DNA of 64,000 nt from an uncultured delta proteobacterium. GTDB taxonomy: Bacteria > Desulfobacterota > Binatia > HRBIN30 > BPIQ01. Location of the stretch: positions 544,001-608,000 of the forward strand of contig CAVXGR010000012.1 in NCBI GenBank assembly GCA_963761335.1, given 5' to 3'. Below the pieces are notes generated by a model. That model had not been told where the DNA came from. It ran no database searches and saw only the letters and a list, made by a program, of their open reading frames with translations. Both the position numbers and the translations under genes were made by a program. Shown in pieces: positions 12,401 to 19,194 of this stretch; the first letter of the stretch is position 1, and every line of letters starts with the position of its first letter.

Positions 12401-12412
12401 GAGGAGCTTCAT
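3464..12412 (-). CDS. Giant 2982-aa protein: N-terminal helical/wHTH-like domain, class III nucleotide cyclase, STAND AAA ATPase, TPR region, ~12 SnoaL/NTF2-like repeats
   Basis: IFADLMGST / LLGDG / GDPLNVAARL (cyclase); GSPGLGKS, VLVIDDLQWAE, GNPLFV (STAND); repeated NAA..D(W/F)..DHR..G..ALARFEE units from ~8830 to the C-terminus. Confidence 0.92.
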   Translation of the reverse strand: MKLLDVVREVRRHLEENGRVSLRMLRRQYELDDEALDELIEELVDVQRVARREENVLVWAGPARPEPVAATPSAPQRNTRPQAQPADGAAHTGAARHTGQVETRKVISIIFADLMGSTALQERLDPESVNRVMDAYYQAVRDPVEAAGGTVVQLLGDGVLCAFGIPTIAEDDALRAVRAAAGIQQAFREFLGTQQWLSVPIGLRVAVNTGEVVVSDEHPAGIGDPLNVAARLQQEARDGEVLIGQTTRRLVADAVTLEQAGVFALKGRAETVTAYRVMSLERPTGAAATAFVGRADELARMTAVYEATVSTPAARVAVLLGSPGLGKSRLIEEFIGRQGESVSVLTAHCDAAGGATFAPLAAAFGELLSREGSARAPLPIKEGSGAVVAADRLLPNPLLGKEGRSETEVLRAAIDAVLPTDASDRTRIAAGIAALLAGSPASPEETFFVIRRFLAALAQQTPVVLVIDDLQWAEPLLLDLVEHLVQWGGGVPLLLLVGARPELRNVRSSLVTPGPLVADVVTLAGLDAGAAMRLAANVIGAADLPAAVAAKVLATSEGNPLFVGELVRMLVDEGALTKEGDRWVTGLALASMEMPPTIHALLAARIERLRPEERSVLERAAVVGRLFSRSAVAALLSHNGTSLRAEAVGEASELDARLEALRRGELIEPDSGWFLGEPMLRFHHVLIRDAAYRRLLKGTRAELHARFADWVAARAGEAEYDETIGWHLEQAHQLLRELGPLDSAGRTLGERAARHLAAAGRRALGRDDLPVAADLLGRAIDRLDVDDASRADLALDWCEALLAAGDVGRAGKAVDELGRFIGDQPDQQSPTRSQKPETRDRLQAWHTCFAGQLTALTAPQDLQAAADAVAAAAQQLAALGDAAGEAKAHSVHATALARLGKVGACEAALDQALAAARRGGDRRRANAVLAGAPLAALWGPSPVTRASGRCLDVVRVLRITQGAPAVESVALSCQGVLEALRGRTEAARRMLASSRKMVEDLGIAHRLFEADAFAGRIAAMEGDDATAERLLRGAYLGLRDLGLGIDAARAGALLGRTLLAQDRIAEAEAISHESEALAGDDLQAAIAWRGVRAEAMAKRGEHAAAVELAKAAVAIAAATDALLDHADARVALAVALRAAGRAAEADAEGRRAIELWEAKGATLLAERALRDDGRADVREAGALAHVAALPVPSATLARRVRPNAATEQVRRLDVAMRTGDGSGIRALYTEDLVFEQHFNAAEQGQREIIDGLTGLVARQLGLTFRHEPLATLGDALALARVHIGSAGSAPSAEIPAGALEVEWSVLIEATPDSRAARVEMFDERQLGKALARLYERHSELLPDGPERERATATARSFGVTLTAPSDVDGYATVIAPDFESVDHRYLSTWSLRGDGAFLAHNRALQEVAADVVIGTHDVLALRPGALLIQRMHSGTARLGGGAYERPFLVLFATDADGRLARAEWFDSDREAEALARFEEIVASAAPKLSVRRRVRANAATAMQAPFDAALATRDFEAIAALFHENHQEIDHPTGSTYGRDACTASLQRLFRSRDPYYQVEPLATLGEFLLLVRRRSGAAGATSARYDVGAYANEAIQLFEVDASGRCRRAEVFATDHLGEAIARLYERYAELLPDGPERIRAEATAGTIAVWNGSIDPDRVAATTAPLIECVDRRSLQLWSARGADEFLGQWRGQLDLATGSVRHDDVLALEPDTLLVRQTYFGNERTTGGFFDHLLLVLFAFGADGLLTRAELWEPDREAEALARFEELAAPAAYSQSRFANAATGTAGPVIACMVAHDWQRFEQLFAQDFRMSDRRRVVQLELDRDQYVVFTREVANGRTLRGDSQVLATRGDRLALNRSTFVFMDTDVGPSEIAFLILTEVDARGRIVAYVRWDLGDLDAACAELDARWQAGEAAAHPRASKWLADYLRFFAARDWNAMSTLFVPELVGENHRLVGWGTLYGPAAVVSTLQAQIELAPDTQERVDHVRTCADAVLLEYAWHGTHAGGAFENLWLVLIELDADGRGRCADVWEVEQLDQALARFAELAGREAEPAPDGGAFEKPMFVVFEVDDQGRSARSDTYDIEDRDGALAHLAELAAPTSAEPHFENAASRAWREVIAVWRQRDGERFAALHPTALLYRDHRRLVQLDLDRDEFLAFTRPLLEMRSNSASNDLLATRGERLALMRSTLEMADDSVGPSAIDSLLLIETGERGAIVAYDRYEIDDQEAARAEIEARWEAGEGSQFPTVAWMRDHSALAGRRDWDAVAALYSPAVVGHDHRLVGWGTLRGRTDFLQSLRSMEALSPDARIRGDHIRACARGSIMSSMWVGTRDGGAFESPFLVVSEVDPDGKVVRIDFYDPHHFDRARARFEEIAAEPNRPAPFPAREGVGRDPLAALAKPNSATVFLERAWAAFDLVDLEAAKEALATAREHFSPDFVWEDRRRIVGLSGGLDLMLASARERLASGARHQRRTIVGTAGDRVAIGRILWAGGPPDGRFEVEFLAVHEVNEAGLCTALIFFDPDDMRAAQREAWARWAAIDPVAAPWVELLTEITDAWNSHDRPRLRARYADDVVIEDHRHAGLGRIEGADAYLDSNVALWELAPDQRLEVGWSWPAVDRHGFVVTIRREGTVPDGGPFESEYLLLGLARNGRSTRAEFFEIDALDTALARFEELRPPSLFELRRTSPGLVLRSPAKEDPLRIPPNAATRARAQWARAVGARDWEGVRGLVRADFVFEDRGKRALVKGDVETWIASAEFTTSLPGVRIETPLIGTFGERISIDQIFWSGAPEGGAFEFERIRVLEIDEEGRFRRAILFDPDDRPAAFDEAHARFVAAEGAAGGQAPIAALFRAAGLGDWETVRASLAPDLAYHDHRNLGLGTFGRDAWVESLRALSDLADEMHVEAFCTLAWNGHGHVARTRQFGTVAGGGPFENVFIVVWLTDGDRIFIVEVFDLDDAERAVARFNELCAAAAAEETA

Positions 12413-12759
12413 CGCCGGTCAGCCGATGCGGTGAACCCGAGACGGGCCGCGTTGCCGAATGCGTGCCCGACGGGGCCGAGCATCGTGGGGTCTGGGCAAG
12501 ACCGCAGGACGGAAGGGACCTCCCACTCGCCGCCCTCGGTAAAAAGCCGGCTCGGCGCCGCGCTGGTCCAGGCGTCGAGCGTCACCGCACGCCGGGCTCC
12601 TCACCCAGCGGATTGCCGACCTTCCGGTCCTGCAATTCTCAAGCTCCTTCAACGCGACGGCTCTCACCGCGGCAAGGTAGCGTCGCACCGCGACCGGAGT
12701 CAACGCGCGGTCGGGGAGCTCCCTCGCGCCCGGCACTCACCCCGCCCAACGGACCGCGC

Positions 12760-12996
12760 AACATGGTTGTGACCGAGGCATCGGTGACGTCATAGACGTG
12801 CCGCGTCCATTCCATCTCCGCCTCGAGCGTCGGGACGATCTGCGTGATGCCACGTCCGCGCAGGTGCTCGATGCAGCGCGCAATCCAGTCCACATTTTGT
12901 TCGATGCAGCGCCCGGCGTTACAGAGCGCCGCAGCGTTGTGAGGGCCATTGACGATGAAGAAGTTGGGAAAGCCGTGTACAAGCATTCCGAGGTAC
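12760..12996 (-). pseudogene. Fragment of a Baeyer-Villiger (cyclohexanone-type) flavin monooxygenase
   Basis: YLGMLVHGFPNFFIVNGP..IEQNVDWIARCI..EAEMEW matches the BVMO C-terminal part; no N-terminal Rossmann motifs. Confidence 0.7.
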
Positions 12997-13567
12997 GCGA
13001 TACAAATCGAGACAAGCGTGGATCGCGAGTCGTCGGACTCCATTTGCGTCGACAGGCTGTGGCATCGCTACGATTGAAAAATAGTCGCTCATCGGAGGGC
13101 CCGTGAAGGTTCAGCAATGGATCGCGTGGTCGTAAGCCTGTACGGATTTTCCCCGCTTCGGAACTCTGCAGGCGCGTTCCATGACCGTGCCTGCGGTAGC
13201 AAAGGCAATCCTCGCATGCTCAGGATTCGTTTGGACAGCTGTCACCAACCTCGTCACCAATCTCGGACCAGGCTAACCTCTACATTCCTCGCTTTGGCTG
13301 GGATTGACTGTGTCCCAGTTGACGGAGACTGACCTCGGGGAGTTCCGGCGAAACCGCCCGATTTCACTTGTTCTGAGTTGGGGCGCTCTATAGGCGACCT
13401 CCGTGGCTTCACCGTTGGCTTTCGGACGCGGTTTCGGGCAAGGATGCCTGCCGCGAAAACCTTATAGCACTATGCACTCGGGGCGAGCTCAAAAGACGCG
13501 CCCCGACAACCCGACGGAGAGCGGAACCCATCAACCTACGGGAAACGTGGCGCCAAGAAGAGCCCCG

Positions 13568-14517
13568 ATGAGTTTTGTCGACAAGCTCCAACGGGCCCGC
13601 GAGGTCCTCGAACAACAAGGGCGCCTTTCCGTCCGCGCACTCGTCCGCGAGCTCGAGTTGCCCGCGGAGGAGGTCGGGGAGATCATCGAAGAGCTCGTCG
13701 ATGTTCAACAGGTGGCGGAGCGAGTCGGGTCGGTGCTGATCTGGCGTGGGGCGGGCGTCGGTGCCTCGCGACCGGAGCCCTCCGCCGAGCTCCGAACCCC
13801 GCGTCCTGCACCCGGCTCCGCCGCCGCCGCCAGCCACGGCGAAGCCCGCAAGGTGGTCACCATCCTGTTCGCCGACCTCGCGGGATCGACGGCGTTGCAC
13901 GAGCGTCTCGACCCCGAATCGGTGCGCGCCTTCATGGAGAGCTACTACCGCGCGATGCGCGCCGAGGTGGAAGCCCACGGTGGGGTCGTGGTGAAGCTTC
14001 TGGGAGACGGCGTCATGGCCGCCTTCGGCGTGCCGCAGGTCGCCGAAGACGACGCGCTGCGTGCTGCCCGCGCCGCGGTAGCGATGCAGCGGGCGTTCGA
14101 CCGCCTGTTCGAGATCGTCGGCAAGCCCGGTGACATCGGCTTGCGGATTGCGGTGAACACGGGCGAGGTCGTGGTCAGCGGCGACAACAGCGACGTGGTC
14201 GGCGACCCGGTCAACGTCGCGGCGCGCCTGCAGCAGGAAGCGGGCGTCGGTGAAGTCGTGGTCGGCGCGGCGACGCAGCGACTCGTCGGTACCCTGATCA
14301 CCTTGGAGCCGCTTTCTGGCGGCGCTGGCTGCGTCGACGCCGGTCGTGCTGGTGATCGACGATCTCCAATGGGCCGAGCCGTTGCTGCTCGATCTCGTCG
14401 AGCATCTGGTGCAGTGGGGCGGCAGTGTTCCGCTGCTGGTGCTCATCGGGGCGCGTCCGGAGCTGCGCGACGCGCGTGCGTCGCTGACTTCGCCGGGTGG
14501 CTTCGTGGCGGACGGAG
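13568..14517 (+). pseudogene. Divergent paralog of the giant cyclase-STAND gene, internally deleted and truncated by the transposase element
   Basis: Same N-terminal domain plus a full cyclase (FADLAGST, KLLGDG, DVVGDPVNVAARL); frame jump near 14308 directly into the Walker B region; ends at the inverted repeat. Confidence 0.8.
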
Positions 14518-15275
14518 TGGGGACGTAGTTTCATTTGTTTCACTTTTCACGGTTGTTTCGCTCAACGGCGGATCGGCGTGACTTCGTCCGCCGCGTCGCG
14601 GCGCTCGTGGACACGACGGGGACGCGGATCTATGCCTGGAGCCTCATGCCCAATCATGTCCACCTAGTTCTGGGCTCTGGGGCGGAGGGACTGTCGAGCT
14701 TCATGCGCCGGCTGCTTACCGGCTACGCGGTCAGCTTCAACCGGCGGCACCACCGCGTCGGGCACCTGCTGCAGAATCGGTTCAAGTCGGTGCTGGTTGA
14801 CGAGGAGCGATACTTCCTCGAACTCCTGCGCTACGTGCATCTGAATCCCGTGCGGGCGCGATTGGTCGGCGATGTGGCAGAGCTAGATGGCGGCTCCGTG
14901 GAGTGGGGACGTAGTTTCATTTGTTTCACTTTTCACGGTTGTTTCGCTCAACGGCGGATCGGCGTGACTTCATCCGCCGCGTCGCGGCGCTCGTGGACAC
15001 GACGGGGACGCGGATCTATGCCTGGAGCCTCATGCCCAATCATGTCCACCTAGTTCTGGGCTCTGGGGCGGAGGGACTGTCGAGCTTCATGCGCCGGCTG
15101 CTTACCGGCTACGCGGTCAGCTTCAACCGGCGGCACCACCGCGTCGGGCACCTGCTGCAGAATCGGTTCAAGTCGGTGCTGGTTGACGAGGAGCGATACT
15201 TCCTCGAACTCCTGCGCTACGTGCATCTGAATCCCGTGCGGGCGCGATTGGTCGGCGATGTGGCAGAGCTAGATG
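14514..15275 (+). repeat. 376-bp direct duplication (14514-14889 and 14900-15275)
   Basis: Near-identical copies 386 bp apart; one substitution noticed (acttcgtcc vs acttcatcc). Confidence 0.9.
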
Positions 15276-15925
15276 CGTACCCATGGACAGGACATGCGCG
15301 GCTCATGGGGCGGATCGACAATGGGTGGCAGGAAGCGGAGTTCGTCCTGCGGCAGTTCGCCCCCACGGTGACGGCGGCGCGGCAAGCATATCGCGCCTTC
15401 CTCGCAGAGGGCGTAGCGGCCCAGCCTCCGGAGCTGCTCGACACGGGCCTCGTTCATGCGGCGGACCGCTGGCAGATCAGCCCCAGCCTCCGCCGGGGCC
15501 GGGAGGAGTGGACGACCGCCGAGCGGGTATTGGGGACGGCGGAGTTCACCGAAGCGGTACGCGCCGAATTGGAACACGGCAGGCCGCTGCGGCCCGTGGT
15601 GACCACAGGAAATCCGCAGGAGGTCGTGCGCGAGCTTGCAGAGGCCCTCGCGCCTCACTGCGGGGTCTCACCGGCGGAGCTGCTCGCCGGCCGCGGTCGC
15701 CGCAAGGTCGTCGCTGCCCGCGCCGGCGTCAGCTACCTCGCTGTGCGACACGTGGGCCTGTCGTTGCGCGCCGTGGCCACCGCCTTTGGTGTTTCGCCGC
15801 CAACCATCCTGCGGGCAGTTCGCGTCGGTGCCCAATCCTTGCCCAACTTGGCGTTCGGCCGGAAGAGATCCTGCTACCATCTTCGCTTCGTCAGCAAAAA
15901 TGAAACAGATGAAACTACGTCCCCA
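14518..15925 (+). mobile_element. RAYT-like HUH (Y1) transposase element with 30-bp terminal inverted repeats; 5'-truncated, with a duplicated left end
   Basis: LMPNHVHL, YVHLNPVRA and YPW motifs, C-terminal HTH; IR 14518-14547 vs 15896-15925 match 28/30. Confidence 0.8.
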
Positions 15926-15946
15926 TCCCCCAGAGCGAGGACTTGA
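14921..15946 (+). pseudogene. REP-associated tyrosine transposase (Y1_Tnp plus DnaA-C-like HTH) lacking its normal N-terminus
   Basis: HUH motif and catalytic Tyr region present; the N-terminal MPR..HHV..RG segment is missing. Confidence 0.75.
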
Positions 15947-15960
15947 CGCAGCACTCAGAA

Positions 15961-15981
15961 TTGTACAGGGTTTCTGTACAA
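15961..15981. promoter_or_regulatory. Operator palindrome of the yefM-yoeB operon
   Basis: TTGTACAG-ggttt-CTGTACAA abutting the ATG; TGTACA is the known YefM operator core. Confidence 0.7.
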
Positions 15982-16271
15982 TGGCGATTCAAACGACATA
16001 TAGCCAAGCACGAGCTGGTCTGGCGAAGTTGTGCGACGCCGCGGCCAGGGACAATGAGGTCGTGATCATCACCCGCCGCGGTGCAGAGGACGTCGCGCTG
16101 GTGTCAGCCGCCGAGCTCCGTAGCCTGCGGGAGACGGCACATTTACTGCGGTCGCCGCACAACGCGGAACGTCTCCTGAGGGCGTTGGCCCGCGCGCGAA
16201 CACGGAAGGAACGACCGCAGTCCGTGCGGTCGCTGCGGCGCGAGGTCGGCCTTGAGCAAGAAGGGGGCTGA
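15981..16271 (+). CDS. yefM: Phd/YefM-family antitoxin
   Basis: TYSQARA.L..L......VIITRRG..VAL.S.....SL.ETAHLLRSP.NA.RL. Confidence 0.9.
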   Translation: MAIQTTYSQARAGLAKLCDAAARDNEVVIITRRGAEDVALVSAAELRSLRETAHLLRSPHNAERLLRALARARTRKERPQSVRSLRREVGLEQEGG

Positions 16272-16527
16272 GCGCGATGCCGTCTTCCAGCTCGAGTTCC
16301 GTGAAGACCTGCGGTACTGGGTTGAGACTGACCGCCGGGTGGCGTTGCGCATCCTCGATCTTGTCGAGGGCATCATGCGGGATCCATTTCGCGGTGTCGG
16401 AAAGCCGGAACCCCTTCGCCATCTCGCCCCCAATACATGGTCCCGCCGCGTCACCCAGGAACACCGCGTCGTCTATCTGGTCCGGGTCGATCGAATCGAC
16501 TTCCTACAAGCCCGCTACCATTACTGA
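16252..16527 (+). CDS. yoeB: Txe/YoeB-family mRNA interferase toxin
   Basis: EDLRYW, PFRGVGKPEPL, WSRRVTQEHRVVY and terminal RYHY. Confidence 0.92.
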   Translation: MSKKGAERDAVFQLEFREDLRYWVETDRRVALRILDLVEGIMRDPFRGVGKPEPLRHLAPNTWSRRVTQEHRVVYLVRVDRIDFLQARYHY

Positions 16528-16627
16528 ACATTGACCGAACAGGGCGAGACGCGGCATGCCATGTGAGCTCGCTGCTCCCGACCTCACCCGCCGCTAGGTA
16601 TGGAAGCGCTGGGGGCGGCGGCGTTTC

Positions 16628-16730
16628 GTAGGGGCGAGGCATTTCCCGTCAACCTGGCCGTGGCCCCCGAGGTCACGCACCCGTCGCTCTCGGCGCAACC
16701 CGCCGGCCGTGCTCGGAAATGCCTCGCCCT
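16628..16730. repeat. GTAG-type REP doublet
   Basis: GTAG followed by a 15-bp perfect IR, gggcgaggcatttcc (16632-16646) / ggaaatgcctcgccc (16715-16729). Confidence 0.65.
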
Positions 16731-17017
16731 CTTCCTGCACGGGGGCAGTCTAACTAATGGCTAAGGCCACACGGAGCCGTTGAACGAAAGGATTCTCACG
16801 CATCTTCAGACACTTGCCGAGGTCCGACCCCGATTCGGCCTGCCCCGATTCGTCCTGCCCACCCGGAGACGAAGCCGACGCACTCCCTTCTTGGCGCCTT
16901 GGCGCCTTTGCGTTTCTCCGTTCAAGCGGGCGCCGCCACTTGCGCCCGTACCTCATCAAAAGGGCCCAGGCGCGCCGCCTCTGTTGAAGTCTGACCATCC
17001 CGCAGGGCGCGTCAGAA

Positions 17018-17098
17018 TGCGAGAGGGGGGACTCGAACCCCCACGGTTGTCCCGCCAGATCCTAAGTCTGGTGCGTCTGCCAGTTCCGCCACTCTCGC
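17018..17098 (-). tRNA. tRNA-Leu (anticodon TAG), CCA not encoded
   Basis: GCGAGAG acceptor stem, TGGCGGAACTGGCAGACGC D arm, CCAGA-CTTAGGA-TCTGG anticodon arm, variable arm, GGTTCGAGTCC T loop. Confidence 0.97.
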
Positions 17099-17218
17099 CC
17101 GGGCGCAGATCTATCAAGCCCGGTGGCGGCGGCCAAGACGACGGCTGCCGGCGGCTCGCGCGGAGCGGCGCCCTCTCCGCCCGATCCGCTGCGGCCAGGA
17201 TGGCGGCGCTCCCCGGGG

Positions 17219-18898
17219 TCATGGAGCAAAGCGCAGAACGTAGAGCTTTGCCGGCGATAGCCACAGCCGCGGCCACGAGAAGACGCGCAGGACGCGGGCG
17301 CCGGCGAGCGGCGTGGTGCTGATCGCGTACGGCAGGCGCTCCTTCGAGTAGAGGAAGGGAACGTCCGGCGTCGGGAAACCCGGGGCGTACTCGTCGGCCT
17401 CGGCGTAGAGGCGAACACCGTTGAGGACGTAGCCCGCATCGATCTGCGCCGCCGGCACTCCCTGGCGACGCAGCCATGCCTCGGCCTCCCAGCTGGTGCG
17501 ACTGAGCGCGAAGTTCTCGCGCGTTCCCAGCACCGCGAGCGCCGCGAAGATTGCCAGGCCGGCGGCGAGCACGCGGCGGTTCACGCCGAGACGGGCGGCG
17601 CGCAGGCCCAGAAGCCACAGCACCGCCGGCACCAGAATCAGATAGTAGCGGTCCTGCCAGAGCCACAGCACCATGAGGAGCACCAACTGCGCCGCGGCGA
17701 ACAGCAACCACAGGGCATCCATGAGCGCCGCCGACCGGCGCCGAAGAAGCATCCACGTCTCCTGCGCAATCACCGTGAAGGAAAGCGCCGAGAGCAGCAG
17801 GGCGACAACGCGCAGCGCCTGACCCGCCGTCGAGAGCCGCGGCTCTCCCGGAAGCAGCACGCGGCTCATTCCCAGGCCGAGCGGCGACAGAACCTCACCG
17901 CGCCCGAAGGGGATGCCCTGCAGCGCCGCAGCCAGCACACAGAGGACGGCGGCGGCCGGCAAGGCGCGGCGCAGCGACTGGCGCCCCAAGGTCGCCAGCG
18001 CCAGCGGCGAAGCGAAGAAGGCCGTCGTCAGACCGAGATGGATGACGGCGCCCGAATAGACGAGCGGCGAGACATCGAGCAGGTAGCGGAGCCCTTGGGC
18101 GCGCACCGCGAGCCCCTCGGTGGGCGCTCGCACCCAGGCGATCCACGCCCACACGGCGGCAAAGCTCGCGACGACCCCGACCGCGAGCCCCAGGAGTCGC
18201 CGTCGCGAGACGCCGGGCGGACCGGCCACTGCCAGAGCGGCCAGCATGGCGAACGGCGCGGCAACCGCCAGCTCGCGCACCAGATACGCGGCCACCGCGA
18301 GCGAGAGCGCCGCCGCGGTCCAGCCCCAGCCGATCTGCGGGCGGCGAACACCGCGGTCGAAAAGCCAGAACGACAGGGAGAGCAGCCCGAGAAGCTGCAC
18401 ATCGGTCATGAAGGAGAGCGCCAGAGAGAAGAAGACCGGGTTGAAGGCAAGCACGGCGACGGCTGCCGCCGCCAGCCACGGCCTCTCCAGCCGGCGGCGG
18501 AGAAGATCGTACAGGGCGACAATGGCAACCGCGGCAAGCGCCAGCGTCGACATCCGCAGAGAAGCATTCGAGACGCCGTGCGGCAGGCTGAACAGCGCCC
18601 CCCAGAGGGTCTGCACGAGGTTGTAGCGGCACGAGAAATCGAGCACCTGAAAGCGTCCGCTCTCGAGCAGGCGGCGAACGCTGTAGGCATAGGCCCAGTC
18701 ATCGATCACCGGCACGTCGGTCAGCGGCGTGACCAGGGCGCAGGCGACGGCGAAGCCGAGCAGCACCAGGACGACCGGCAACACCTCCGCGGCGCTCCAG
18801 CGACTCGCCGCCCTACCGCACGCGCGGGCGCCGTCGCCGGCGGCGCCTGGCGCCTCCTGAGCCGCGGACCCCGCCGGCGAGGAGCCCGAGGAATGCAT
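17219..18898 (-). CDS. ArnT/PMT (GT-C) family membrane glycosyltransferase
   Basis: Many TM helices; DDWAY motif after the first TM; SFMTDV and RYY motifs; start uncertain. Confidence 0.75.
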   Translation of the reverse strand: MHSSGSSPAGSAAQEAPGAAGDGARACGRAASRWSAAEVLPVVLVLLGFAVACALVTPLTDVPVIDDWAYAYSVRRLLESGRFQVLDFSCRYNLVQTLWGALFSLPHGVSNASLRMSTLALAAVAIVALYDLLRRRLERPWLAAAAVAVLAFNPVFFSLALSFMTDVQLLGLLSLSFWLFDRGVRRPQIGWGWTAAALSLAVAAYLVRELAVAAPFAMLAALAVAGPPGVSRRRLLGLAVGVVASFAAVWAWIAWVRAPTEGLAVRAQGLRYLLDVSPLVYSGAVIHLGLTTAFFASPLALATLGRQSLRRALPAAAVLCVLAAALQGIPFGRGEVLSPLGLGMSRVLLPGEPRLSTAGQALRVVALLLSALSFTVIAQETWMLLRRRSAALMDALWLLFAAAQLVLLMVLWLWQDRYYLILVPAVLWLLGLRAARLGVNRRVLAAGLAIFAALAVLGTRENFALSRTSWEAEAWLRRQGVPAAQIDAGYVLNGVRLYAEADEYAPGFPTPDVPFLYSKERLPYAISTTPLAGARVLRVFSWPRLWLSPAKLYVLRFAP

Positions 18899-19194
18899 CG
18901 GCCGAGGCTTGCATTCCTCGGGACAAAGCTCAACGGGCGGCAATCCGTCCGGGACCCTCCCCCCGTCACCCCCTACGCAGACCCCGGGGAAGCGCCACTT
19001 TCGTGGCGGGAGTCAATTCTCGCTTTCCCCCGGCGGTGAAGCAGGAAAGTCGCGTGAGGTCGTCGGCACGCGGCGCGCAGGTCAGGATGCGGAGCGCGAT
19101 GACGCTGTGTAGCTCAGCCGACTGCGAATCGGTTCGAACCGACATCACCCTCTGGGAGGAAGCTCGAGCACCGTGATGAGGATCCGAACACCGC

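Noticed and set aside
3464..14517. Diversity-generating retroelement acting on the cyclase paralogs
   Set aside because: No reverse transcriptase and no adenine-specific TR/VR pair were seen
16885..16915. cttggcgc octamer repeat near the tRNA as an att site
   Set aside because: Only a short low-complexity repeat with no matching partner site
1..17018. Intact integrative element or prophage at tRNA-Leu
   Set aside because: No integrase, phage genes or duplicate of the tRNA 3' end were seen in the window
18940..19190. Riboswitch or ncRNA upstream of the S53 protease
   Set aside because: Only short hairpins; no consensus I recognise; would need an Rfam scan
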